From NCBI RefSeq assembly GCF_009914755.1, contig NC_060925.1: a DNA stretch of 64,000 nt. One strand, written 5' to 3'. Under the pieces are notes generated by a model. The model saw only the letters and a list, made by a program, of their open reading frames with translations, did no database searches and was not told the DNA's origin. The stretch's first letter is position 1, and every line of letters begins with the position of its first letter. Below are positions 40,771-53,475 of the stretch, one piece after another. Origin of the DNA: the human T2T-CHM13v2.0 reference genome, Homo sapiens. A program made the position numbers and the translations under genes.

Positions 40771-41283
40771 TGTGGTGGCCAGACTCTAAGGTGGGCCCCG
40801 GGGATCTTCACCTTCTGATGTTGATGTCCTTATGTAGTCCTTGTCCATAATGTATTGGAGTTGGTCTTTGTGATAGATAATATGTGACAGAAGTGAGGTT
40901 CAATCCTGTAAGGCATTGCCACTTCTGCCTTGATCTCTTGGATCACTTACCATGTCATGAGGATACTCACTCCTATGGAAAGGTCCATGTGGTAATGAAC
41001 TAACCTAGTGAGGCCTCTTGACAACAACCAGCACTGGTTTGCCAGCCACTAGAGTAAAACGTTTTAAAAGCAGATTATCCAGCCCGGGTTAAACCTTCCA
41101 ACAACTGCAGCCCTGGCTAACATTATGACTGTAACCTCATGAAAGACCCTGAAATGGACTATTGAGCTAAGCCATGATCTGATTCTTGACCAACAGAAAC
41201 TTTAAAAGATAATAAATCTATACAGCTATTTTAGGCTGCGAAGTGTTGGAGTAATTTACAGGTAATGTTAAATAAGACAATAC
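40771..41283 (+). mobile_element. MLT1F-like LTR
   Basis: tgtggtggccagactctaaggtgggcccc...tggaaaggtccatgtggt...ctgcagccctggctaaca...gactgtaacctcatgaaagaccctga. Confidence 0.82.
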
Positions 41284-41776
41284 TGTAAAGAATGTCTAAA
41301 GCCTAAAGCCTAAGTCTCACTTGAACAGAATTTTATTAAATGATGCTGAAGATGAGAGTAACTTTGGGAGTTGGACATTGTAGTATAACTACTTTTAAAA
41401 ATCAGTTTCTGCAATTAAATTTTTTTGTTACCAAAAAATGTTGCTAAGGCCAACTCCTCCATGGGTCTGCTGACAGAAACCGGCATATTAGTTTATACAA
41501 GTATATTTGCTTCAATATTTTAATAACCATCAGAGTTTATTCCTGACTCCAGATTCATTAGAGACAACAACTGTGTGTTGAACTGAATGTTAGAATCCTG
41601 ACATGTGAGTTAGAGAAAGTGGAACCAAAAATGGTAGACTTTTCCAGGACTTGTTATACAGGGAAGGCCGAATATGGTGAATAGTATCTGTTTTCCAGAT
41701 TAGACTCTCCCCACACTGACAAAAGCTTTTCCTGCCTCTGAACTTCAGAATAAATAGAAAAACCTACAAGAGGCAA

Positions 41777-41808
41777 CACACACACACACACACACACACA
41801 CCCACACA
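41777..41808. repeat. (CA)n microsatellite
   Basis: Read directly. Confidence 0.95.
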
Positions 41809-44800
41809 ATTATGTATATGTCACAATAACGCAACTGAGCACATATTTGTGGAGCCCTTGCTGTATGGAGTCCACTCTGCTGTGAATTTCAATTAATAGA
41901 TGACACAGATTCTGCTTCTTGGCACATACTGTTCCATGACCTTTACAACTCTGACAAGCAATCCCGGAGATTGAAGCTTTAAATCCCTGCCTACCCTAAA
42001 CCTTTGTCATTTAAAGTACTAGTAGATCCCTGAGTTCTTCCCACTTGGGTCTGAAGCCATCTGTTTGGAGACTGGGTCTAAGAATGTATCAGCAGTCCTG
42101 CCACAGAATTTTGAGTATTTCTCTCTCTTGTTCACTTAGTCTTGTCTTCCTAGCATTCACTGTTGGTATGATCTACTGTCTCCTCTGATTCCTTCATTAT
42201 TGGTTGACCTCCCTCCTTAGTTTTCTATTTCTGGTTTAATTCATTGAAGAAAATTCTGTTAATAAGACAGGGTCTCTACCTTTAAGAGGCTTATAATTAA
42301 GTAGAATAACAAGTGTGACAGAGGAACACACGAAATCTTCATTTTGATTCCTGCTCCCCATAGACATCAATTGTCCATGAGTCAGCTCCATTTCCTTCTC
42401 CCCTGGTGTTGGGGCTTCTATTGTGAGGTGACCTCTTGGCTGCTCCCTTATGGGTCCCAGGACCTAACCACAGTTGGCCAATCATAATCCATCAGGCCCA
42501 GTTTGTTCAAAATGAATTGCTCATGTTCTCATACCCAATTCCATGAGATTTATAGTTCGGTTAAGAAGGCAACACCTGGTAGGAAAAATTAAAATAATAG
42601 GAGGTTTTAATGCTATAATAATAGAACAGATCTTATGAGACACAGAACATAATTTTTTAATGTGATACCATGGACATTGATTGTCATAGTGTACAAAGGA
42701 AGGTAAGATTCTTTGAGCTGGATCACCAGGAAGGGCTTTTCAGAGAAAGTAGTATTTTGACCTTGTTCTCAAATGCCAAATAAGATTGAGATGGGCCAAC
42801 TGGGGAGGAAATTTGAATTGCATAAACAAAAGGAGCACAGTGAATGCCTGAAGATGGTAGTGTGCAGGGCCTGGTTAGAGGACCCTAAGCTGGGTATGGG
42901 GAGAGTCAGGGAGAGGCCTGCAAAAGCATTTTGGGGCAGGTTGTAGGTGCCAAATAAGATAATATATGCAAAATAGCCTTGTAAACTTCAAAGCATCCTA
43001 GAAATATGAGAAACTATTATTATAATTCCAGAAACTGTGGTGGTTGCCAGTGAAATAATATTTGACTTAGGGCTTTGTTGTTTCTTTCAAAGAAAAAAAA
43101 TTCTGAAGATCATTGCTTGTTCCATTGCCAGTAGCTATCTTTCTCTCTTATTGACTTCTTTTCAGCCATCTTTAGTACAAATGGTGAAACTGAAGAAAAA
43201 CTTCAGTGCTTTGCTCTCTACTTCCTTTAAAGGTTTCTCATCTCTTTAAGAGTTTAGACTTCTTTTTATAACTGTGTCAGCTGCAACTCCCAGAGGTCCT
43301 GCCTTGCCTCCAGTTTTGTTTACCACTCAGCAGGAATTTGTTTACTACCTAGTAGAAGAGTCAAGAAGATAAAAGCCAATCAGGGAAGCAGAAAGACAGC
43401 ATCATGCAGAAAATACCAAGAAAATAAGATTAGAAACACTAGGCCCAAGTAAAGCTGACTTTAGTGACATGGTGATCCTGGAAAGTCTGCTGAGTGCACG
43501 TGTTAAATCACTTTATTGTGTAGGTTATTAGAGACTTGTAACATCTTCTGAAACTGCTTTGTGTCTGCTGAACATGCAGCACCATTTTAAACTTTTATGT
43601 TTTTTAAAAAATACCCAAACCTTTAAATCGAATTAGTTTTCCTTTAAGTTCTCAAATATACATCTATTTTCCGAAGTTTAGGTTGTTGGACAGATTAAAT
43701 GTGGGGAAATGTCTTACTTAGAGTGATGAATATTTCTTTAATAAAATATCATTCACCGTGATATACTAAGACAATAATGTTTTTCTTTAACATAGTCCTT
43801 TGATGACTGAACTTCATATTGATGAACTTGAGGTGCCAGAACATCCTAGTGCAACATCTGAATTTACAGATAAACTTATTTTCAGCTGAGCATAAGTGTA
43901 CTTTATTCTCTTTCTTTGGTAATTGGTGATCTGGTTATAATGTGAGTGTGGTTATTTTTTATTAATCAGAATAGTCAATGAACCAGAAATTCTGTTTCTC
44001 AGAGTCTGAATATGCAAGGTTTTAATGCAGGATAATTTCATAGGTTAATGCTTATTATTTACAACTTAGGGTGGTGATAAAAATGGTTGAATAATTTTGC
44101 TCATGGAATCATTTAATATGTATGCTTTTATAATCTATTTTTATTCATTCGGAGCCTGTATATATGATACTTCTGATCTTGCTAATTCACATGAATATGA
44201 AGTAAGATAAATAATTTTTGAGTATTAAAAAAAGTAGATTTCATATTCATTGATTATGAACTGGTTGTTTATAGCAGAAAGCAACTATTTCTTAGCTGTT
44301 GGATATTTATTATATATAAATTATATCAAGGGATTAAAAGGGTGTGTAATTCAGAATAGTTTAAAATAGAATTTAAGATAATCTAACACCATTAAAATAT
44401 ATTAATGAATCATTTATTCAACAGACCTTTATTGACACCTAGAAGCTTTTTAATAACCGTGTTAGCCAGAGGTGTTTTTCAAATGTCAACATCTAGAAAT
44501 TAGGTAGAGAACAATGAGCTAATTGCTACATTTTGAGAAGCAGGTAGGTAATTATCTTTCTAGAAAAGTAATGCAATATTTTTATATTGATGGAGGGAAA
44601 CACCTGTATTTATTGGGAGTTCCCAATAAATGTCATTCAAGATGATGAGTCAAGAGCAGCCTGGGACAAATCATGGGGAAGGCAGGTATGCCTTGAAAAT
44701 GAGGAGGTTGTTCACACTTGGTATCTGTTCTCGGACTCTTTTATAAGCCATTGCTGCACTTCAAAACCTGACAGCTCCTGGGCAAACTGTGTGGATATTT

Positions 44801-45194
44801 CAAAGATTCCAGGTAGAACTGGCAGAAGGGTAATTGTATCCTGTGGAGCTTGTGGGAGGAGGTTGGGAGGATTATTAGAGTTTATTAACCATCCTAAGGA
44901 ATTTCCTACACACCTTTCTCGGGAACTTTGAATTATGCCATTTACTCCTCACTGACCCCTTTAACCTTCAGCCTTTTCTTCCTTCCAATTAATTTTTAAA
45001 TGTTTCTACAAGAAATCATATTACCAAACTTCTACTTTGACTAAAATATTGAGGTGACTTCTCAATACACTGTAGATTTGACCCTAGGCATCTTTTTTTT
45101 CCAACCAATTTTCATTCCTTGCTCGTAATTTTTACTCCTGTCAAGTGGACAGGGCATGCCTTTCCTCTGCATAGCTACTTACCCCTCTGCCTGG

Positions 45195-45610
45195 GAAGTC
45201 ATTCATCCATTCCACACAGGTTCATGGCTCCCAACTGCTGTACCATGCTGGGTGCTATTGTTTCGACAAAAAATGATTTTGATTCCATCAGTCCCCCAAA
45301 GGAACTCATAGCATCAAAAGGACACAGGCACAAAGGTGTAATTACAATACAAAAAAGAGGAGTGCTATCATGCAGTTGTGATGAACAAGGGCAGATGAGG
45401 GATCTCCAGAAGGTGTTGCAGGAAAGGCGATGCTTGAACAGTGTTGCAAAAGATGAAAATGTATTTTTCATATGAAAAGAACGGGAGAAATAACAAAAAA
45501 GCATGAAAGCATGATTTGTGAAATGGCAAATAATGGTATAGTTAGATAGACTGCAGTGAGAAATGAAGCATGGGGAAGTGAATAAGCAAAACACATTTAG
45601 GCACATTTTT
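45195..45610 (-). mobile_element. L2 fragment
   Basis: tcattcatccattc...tgtaccatgctgggtgct...cccaaaggaactcatag...tttgtgaaatggcaaataatgg. Confidence 0.6.
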
Positions 45611-45949
45611 GAATAGAAATTAATTCAGAGATTCTCTACAAGAGGGTGGAATGAGCTGATCTATAAAGAAAGTTTCCAATTCAAGCTAAATAAATGAGCA
45701 TTAAGAAAAAAAACACCTTTCTGAGCTCAATAACAATAAATGAAATCCTTAGTGTTAGGGATAAAATGGGACCCTCCCAGTGGTGAGTGGGACTTGAAGC
45801 CCCATAATGTATGGAGGTATCTGATCTTAAGAGTTGAAATTAGGACCTAAGTCATTTGTATGTCAAGGAAACATAAAATGAGCTCCAGTATAAACTCGGG
45901 AGAAATTCCATTTGTCAATTGTAAGGTAAAACATGTAAGTATTTCATAG

Positions 45950-46580
45950 AAGGTGCTATGTAGTGTTGTTATAGTTAGTGCTTTCTGAATTGTCTATATT
46001 TTTAGTTTTTATTTCCTCTTTAATCCACCATTTGTTTAGAAAGAGAGCTGATATGCGGCTGGGTGAGATTTCCTGTGGGGTATAATGAGAATTTTTCTTC
46101 TGGGTGCAGGGATCCTCTTCCTTTTTCATGGTTTCTATAACTGGGACACTGGTTTGCAGCCACAGAAACTTCTTTGACAATCTTTGGTGTCAGAAGTCTC
46201 ACTTTAGAAAGCTGAATGGGACCTGCCCTCTGAAAGCAGGTGGGGGTATGGTCAGGACAGTTCCATCCTTTCATTGCATCCACAGGATACAATTATCCTT
46301 CTTCTACATTCACCTTTTGGAATGTCCACACAGTTTGCTCGCAGACTCTCTGTCACCCTCTCTCTTGTGTGTGTGGCTTTTGTTGTTAGTTTGTTCCCAC
46401 TCAGTTTATTTCTTATGTTTTTGACAAATTCCTCACTATTCTGTTTTTCTGGCACTTTCCCTCCCTCTACTCCCATCTTCCTTAGCTTTCTAGTGCTCTT
46501 TTGAATTTATTTTCATATTTATTCTGGACTTTATTGGAATTTTGCAAGGGGAGAGGGGTAAACATATGCATTTAGTCAAT
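45950..46580 (-). mobile_element. Old L1M fragment (short ORF2 piece plus probable 5' sequence)
   Basis: ORF 45956-46180 ends LFLNKWWIKEEIKTKN...NYNNTT, resembling L1 ORF2 LLLNDYWVHNEMKAEI...ENKDTT. Confidence 0.55.
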
Positions 46581-47039
46581 GACAAGTTATGTTATCTATT
46601 CTCTACTTCATATCTCTGATCCCTTTAAAACCCATAGAAACTGTATTATTATAAAGGTCATTCCTTAGCCACTGACAAAAAATAAAATTGCGTTAATAAC
46701 TGGAAGAGTATTTTCTACACTTGTTTGGTATTTTAGAATGCCACCAGTCCTTCTGGGGTAAACTCTGGAATGCCATTTTGTCCCTTTGTCTTGAAGGTTC
46801 TATCTGCTGCAATGTAGATGTTACAGCTTCCATGCTTGTAATCTTAGTGAGGTACTTCAGAATCGCATTATTGACCATGACTCACAAGTCATGATCAGTT
46901 TAGCAAAGGTAGGGCATTTGTGGTAGCCTATGAGATAGCTTAAATTTTTGTGGCTGTGTAACATGATGTTTAAATACTCCTTTTTGAAAGCCCAGAACAA
47001 AAAAATACAAAGGATTCAAAGACACTACTTAGACAGCCA

Positions 47040-47700
47040 TGTAAATGGTTCCTGGAATCTGGGAACCTGGTAAATCTGATTCAAACCTGAGAAAAAGAAA
47101 TTTCAGCAGAGCAGAGTTAAAAATGGCCTGTGGCAGCAAAGGGACATTTGAGAGGAGACCACCTTCCCCTGACAACAGGTCAGGGGTTCTTGTTTCCCAG
47201 TGACCAGGTAAGGTATCTGTAGTAGAAATGTCTATGTAGGGCTATTTAAAAATAGACCCCTGCCCAGGAGGGTTTCCTGCAAAGACTGAAGGGACCTCAG
47301 CCAACACGGGCTGCAGTGTTCTGTTCAGATGCAGCAGCTGTGAGAGAGCCATGAGCAGCAAGCCCAAGGAGAGATGCTGCCCCTACTACACGCTCCATGG
47401 GCACTTGCAGGAGACAGAGCTCCCGACATCTGCCAGGGCCCGAGGAAATCAACACCAGATGACACCGGTGTCCACAAGATTTCCTGCACCACATCTCTCC
47501 CAACACTAGGTGTGCCACTGGCTATCCACCAAGTGGAGTTAGAGAAATCGAATTTCTAGGCAGGGAAATGGAGCAGTCACCTGCTTCCACTTCTTCCACT
47601 GTATGCTTCCAACCTGAAGCCAACCTGAGCCGGGGACATGGGGAGATGCTTGAAGTCTAAATGCAGTACCAAGCCTGAAATCAGTATATGTTACCTGTTA
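47040..47700. mobile_element. Possible ancient LTR (Gypsy/ERVL-like), family uncertain
   Basis: GC-elevated block with tatttaaa box and LTR-like texture; no termini identified. Confidence 0.3.
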
Positions 47701-48154
47701 ACCCCTCTATTAAAGCAAGACCTTCTAGCAACTAAAATGTCCAGAGAGAGTCTTAATAAACACTCTTAAAGAGTGTCCAGAAAATCCATGGGATCTGGCT
47801 GGAATTTCCTCAAGGAAAAGGAAAAAAATACAAGTTCCTCACGGGAGCACCTTTCTGATTATCTCAATGTTATACTTGTTCAAAGAAACATTATTACAGA
47901 GACAAATCCCACCTACCCTTCCTTGGGGCTGGTTTGCTACATTGCTGGGGACTAGTCCAGATTTCTTTCTGGTCAGGGGCAGTTTTCTTAGAGTCGAGGG
48001 CATGATAAGCTAGGGACTGAGAATCTCAGTCCTGCCATGTCCTACTGTCACCGCTCTGAATTTTGTGCTTTATCATTCTCATTCGTTCAGGGAGTTGAGC
48101 TATTTGTCATTTTTCTAACATTAAAACTTAGGTATGAAGATCTCTATCTATATC

Positions 48155-48330
48155 TGTGGTTTTTAAATGAGTCTCTGGGCCATCTGCATCTGTGTGACCT
48201 GGGTATTTATTATAAATGCAAATTCTCAGATTTATTGCATAAGAAAACCTGGGGCTGAGAGCCACCATCCTGCGCTTTAATAGGCCCACCAGATGATTCT
48301 GATACATGCTAAAGTTTGAGGACCATGGAT
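48155..48330. mobile_element. MER5A
   Basis: aaatgcaaattctcag...ttaataggcccaccagatgattctgatacatgctaaagtttgaggacca. Confidence 0.8.
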
Positions 48331-48514
48331 GATCAGCAGAACCTCATTTTGTGATGCTATATTACAACTTCAGTATTTTAAAATGTTATTTGCATTTTTT
48401 AATACTGGGGATATTGCTTGGCACGGTACACAACTCTGTTCCATATGATTCCTTTCTCGTTTTGGATGATGTTATTAAAACACCCACTTGGCTTCCTTGA
48501 GAAAGAAAAAAATC

Positions 48515-48960
48515 TTCATTATTTTAGAGTCAGGGGGTACACATACAGGCTTGTTACATGAATATACTGCATAATGCTGGGATTTGGGCTTCCTATTGAA
48601 CCCACCACCAAAATCGTGAACCTAGTACCCGATAGGTAGTTTTTCAATCCTTACACCCCTTCCTCCCTCTCCCCTTTCGGAGTCCCCAGGGTCTATTGTT
48701 TCCATCTTTATGTCCATGTGTACCCATTGTTTTAGCTCCTACTTACAAGCGAGAACATGGTATTTGATTTTCTGTCTCTGCATTAATTCACTTAGGATAA
48801 TGGCCTCTAGTGCATCCATGTTGCTGCAAAGGACATGATTTCATGGTTTTTATGGCTGCATAGCATTTCATGGCATAGACGTAATACATTTTCTTTATCC
48901 AATCCACGTTTATGGGCACTTAGACTGATTCCATGGCTTTACTGTTGTGAATAGTGTTGA
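48515..48960 (-). mobile_element. L1PA15/16-like 3' end
   Basis: cagggggtacacatacaggcttgttacatg...tagtacccgataggtagtttttc...catccatgttgctgcaaaggacatgatttc. Confidence 0.9.
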
Positions 48961-49029
48961 GTATACAATTTCTGAAACATATTGCTTAAGCAGAGGTGAA
49001 TCTCTGTCCATCTGAATTCCAGCTGAGGT

Positions 49030-49305
49030 ATTTTCTAGTGAATAAGCTGGAGCCCTGACACCAGAAAGGTCTGGTTTTGAGTCCTGTTTTTACCCACTCC
49101 TGGTTGTATGATCTTCAGTAAATAGTTTCAAATTTCTAAGCCTCAGTTTCATAAATTTTGACACTGGGATAATAAGAAAAGCGCTAACCTTATAGGACTC
49201 TTGAAAGGATTAAATACTATACTCCATGTGTAATATAATCAAAACACTTAATCCAGTGTTTGGTGTATAATAAAGCTTTTAATACATGCTGATTCCTATT
49301 ACTGT
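49030..49305 (+). mobile_element. MIR
   Basis: tctaagcctcagtttcataaatt...gggataataag...ggattaaat. Confidence 0.7.
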
Positions 49306-49939
49306 AACAGGGATATTTACCACACAGCTTGGGCTGGATCTCATGTGTCTTGGTCTATTTCCAGAAAAAAGAAAAATTTGCCACAGTTCTGCCATAATCT
49401 AAGAAGTCCAGAAATCTAGTAGTTTATTTCCCTCCAAGGCGACAACTATCCCAGACTTTTCTAGAACTCGTGAGAATCTTCATTCAGATGTTGATCCAGT
49501 GTTTTTCTGTAATTTTGCATTCTTTGTGATTGGGTAGAAACCAGACTCAGTGAGATGTCTGAAGCATGGGAATTGGGCAACCTTCTTGCCCTTCCCAGCA
49601 GCTGTGAGTGTTAGAATGCCAGTGTCCCCTGGTAGATTCTGGAGATAGACCATCTCTAAAGATTTAGAGTTTTCTGCTCCAGATCAACAACTTCTCAAAC
49701 AATAATTATTAATACATAAACCACTTAGATTCTCAGTCTTAAAGCATGTGAATTCGAGTTGTTATGAGGTTTTCTTCTAGAATTACAAGTACCTATTACA
49801 TTATATTTGGGTTAGTAAATGGACTACTTAGGTGATTTTCTCAAGGCAAAGGGAGTATTCATTTTTGTCACATTTTGTGAGAAAAAATGTCCACCTTTGA
49901 AATGAGTCTTTCTCTCAGTCCCATCAAGGAAAAAATATA

Positions 49940-50195
49940 GCATGCTAGTATAGCAGAGTAATTCAGAACAATGGCTTGAAAAGACCTGTGATCAAATCCA
50001 AGCTGTGCTTCTTGCAACTTGTGTGATGGTGTGAATGCTGGTGACCCTCTAAACCTCCCCTGCATTAGCTACAAAATGAAGAGAGTGCAAAGGAAATTCC
50101 CTTCATAGGGTTGTTGTGAGGGTCATAGGGGAAATCAGGGGTAAAGCATTTAGTTTGGCGTTTGGTACATGGAAACACTCCAGAATTGTAGTTGT
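49940..50195 (+). mobile_element. MIR
   Basis: aaaagacctgtgatcaaatcc...cttcatagggttgttgtgagg...gtaaagcatttag. Confidence 0.7.
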
Positions 50196-50196
50196 T

Positions 50197-50600
50197 GTAT
50201 TGCGTCTTTTAAGAAGCAGGCACCAAGACAGAATCAGACATGCAAAAAGTAATTGAGGGATATGTCTGTGAAAGACTAAGGGGAGACCTCAATGTTGATC
50301 TGATCCCTGAGAAAGGAGTTGGGGATGAAGGATTGGGCAGGGAAACTCTCAGACTGCAGCATAGTTCTAAGAAAGTTTTGGCTAGGCTGATGGGCAGTCT
50401 TCAAACCAAAGCTGTCCTTTAGAGAGGTGCTTCTTTCCACAGGAATGGGCCAGGTCTCATACTCTGCAGTTTTTAGTCATTGCCAGGAGCAGCCAGGAGA
50501 AGGATGGCCTTGACACAAATGTGCTGGAACATCCAAAATGGTGGCAGCTGGGGCTGTAGGTCAACTCTGCTTCCCACAGGATGAGAGCTGAGCGGTTTAC
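50197..50600 (-). mobile_element. LTR16-family LTR
   Basis: agaagcaggcaccaagacag...ctcagactgcagcatagttctaagaaagttttggctaggctgatgg...gtcattgccaggagcagcc. Confidence 0.7.
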
Positions 50601-53332
50601 GTGAATGGCCATCAGACTTGTTTTCATTGTTGTGTAGGATAAGGTAGAGTTGCCTCAAATAATTGTGCAGATTGAGCCCTGCACAAGAGTTGTGGTCAAG
50701 GGGAGAAAGAGTCCTGAAATCCAACTGCTGCTCCAGTTGCTAAGTTGTGCATCTATGAAGCAGGTACCCTTGGAGGAGACACATTTGTCTTATTGTTACA
50801 AGGGTGCAACTGGGCAGCGTTCCCTGACCAAGGCACCTTATGCTACATTAAAACACAGAGCCTTTAAGGAAAATAGTATAAACATGTGCATGTGCATACA
50901 TGAGCCTGGAATAGTGAGTAGGAGGGGGCACTCCAGTAAGAATCCACTGGGAACTGACACTGTAAACTGGGAGGACCATTAACATAGTGTTAACTCACTC
51001 TGGAGGAAGAGGCGGGATCTGGAGTATCCCTTGTGACCAAAAATGTGAGTTTTGGTAATTAATCATTTGACTATAAGAGTGTCTTTTCTATTGAAAGCAG
51101 CCAAACTCATCACCTAGTGAGAAAGGTGAAGTTCTAAAGACTTCATTTATCTCAGTTCCTTTGTACTCAGCAGTGTCTGTACAAATTGCCTATAAAGTGA
51201 AACGCATGGGGGAAAAGGCACAGAGAAGGTTTCCAAGGAAAGCTTTGTTTTAAATCTAGGTATGATTCTCCATTTATTATCAGAGGGAATTATATCAAAT
51301 ATTCCTGTGCTGGAAACAATGATTAAAAGTACCTTTTCATTTGATTCTAAAAAACCAAAAAGTGTAAGCTGTTAAAAAAAAAATGACTAGTGCCAGGTTG
51401 CCCAACCCTTATGAAATGAATAGCTCAGAGTGTGGCAGCGTAATTCTGGGTACCCAGTGGGGTTTTGTGTGTCACGGGCAACTAGAGCAGGTTGGTCTGT
51501 GATGTGTTCACACCATGGTTATGAATTAGTTAACAGTCTACATAATCTTCATGTGCTGCTGCTAAGATTCCAGGTATTTTAAATCTAAATGAAGGCACTT
51601 TGCTTATCCTGTGTAAATGGAACTTACAAACAGAACTGCAATTTCATTTAATAGCCATAAACCATTACTCTAATGGTTTGACAAATACCTATGAGGATAG
51701 ACTGCAATATTTCATCCAAGAAAGGACTGAATATTAAATAAATGTAACCTCCCAATGGGTTCTACTTTAACCCCCTACTAATTTTGGAGGGTGGATTTAA
51801 AAGCTGAGAGCGTTTTAGAGTAAATGTTAGGGATATATGCAGCAGGTTCTGTGGTACAGATTAGCACTTTATCCCAGTAATCACAAATCCTTTTTTCATG
51901 TTCCGTTATCACTTCAATCTCATCATTGTAAAGTGCAGAACTTAACTCAGAAGTTGGGAACACCATTGTTTCACATCTGACATCCTGCTGAGGGATTTTA
52001 GCAATTAACTAATTTCTCTGTTCTCTGCTCATGATTATTATTTTTTTGAAAAACGAAACACTAAACATTTAATGACCTCATTTAGGTTGACATCAATAAA
52101 GTCAAAAGTGCATACCCGAATAAAATGGAAAAACAAATCAATCACCTTTCCGTAGTTAGAGACTATGTCAAAGGCATCATCTCTAGATTCAAAGAATACA
52201 GTGTCATCAAGAGACTTTCAAATAAGAGGGCTTATAAGTTAGAAAATTTGAATGATGTCTAGAACCAAAAAAAAAAAGGTTTATATAATTATCTTATTTA
52301 ATTAAAGATACTTTTGATGTTGGTTGATCATAGAGAGGGAAGAAATAGGACAATGAATGCCCCAAGGACAGATGTGTTTAAAGAAAAAATTGATAAGAAA
52401 ATGGACAGTTTTCATGCTGAGTATAACAAAAATTCAGTTTCACTTGATTCATAAACTTTTCTTTCCTGAAGACGTATCACTTATATGCATCACAGGTAAA
52501 CATTTATTCTGATGATTGGCGGGAAGAGCTATAAGGGGGACCCACAAAATTGATCATGTTGGTATTAACCCAAACAAGATACCAGCAGCTACAAACGCTT
52601 TAATTATAAGTGACTTTAAAAAATTTGAAACTGCTTTTAATGGTTGCTTTTATTCTGCAGTTTTGTTTTGTACTTGACAGAGAAAAGATGTTCTGAAAGC
52701 TTCTGATTACCCAATAACAATTACCAGAAAACCAATCAAAAGGCAATTTTGATTTTTAGAAAAGTCTGACTTATCAATATATCCAATAGAGTTTTTCTTC
52801 TTTTTTTAGCTAATTTGATGGTGATTTTTGAAAAAAAATTATTCCACAGAAACAGCTTTTACTAATAAAATAGACCAATAAGCCAGACCAGGGATGTATC
52901 TTTCACTGTTGTAAAAATTGTCCCTGTCATGACACCTACTTATTTCCTAAGACTTTCCTTGGTACCCAGATTTTCTTATATTCAGTTACTTCACCTGCAG
53001 CATATCCAGAAACTACTGTGAGGAGACCCTTTTTTGACAACAAAGCAGGCATAGAGTGCAGCACTATGTTCTGATGAAAGAATAACATCCCTATGAATTT
53101 TCTAAATAGCATCATGTTTCTTCAAATGACAGGTAAAGGATACAAATGCAGATAATGAACTAATTTGAGGCATAAATTAGCCCCCTTTGTGGCATGATGG
53201 GGATTTAAAGGAAAAAAGAATACATGAAACATGAGCCTCTGTCCTTCTGTCACCTCCCTTACCCCCTACCAATCTACCCTGGCTGGCACATCTCATTTGT
53301 CTGCAGATGCAATGACAGCCACCACCCAGAGA

Positions 53333-53334
<2 letters not shown>

Positions 53335-53368
<34 letters not shown>
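53335..53368. repeat. (GT)17 microsatellite
   Basis: Read directly. Confidence 0.97.
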
Positions 53369-53372
<4 letters not shown>

Positions 53373-53437
53373 ATATACATGGCACCCAGGTGTTCAGTTT
53401 TTCTCCCTCAGAGAGCTTTAGGCTCCTGTGCACATGT

Positions 53438-53475
53438 ACACACCACACACACACAGACAGACACACACACACACA
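53438..53475. repeat. Imperfect (CA)n microsatellite
   Basis: Read directly. Confidence 0.93.
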
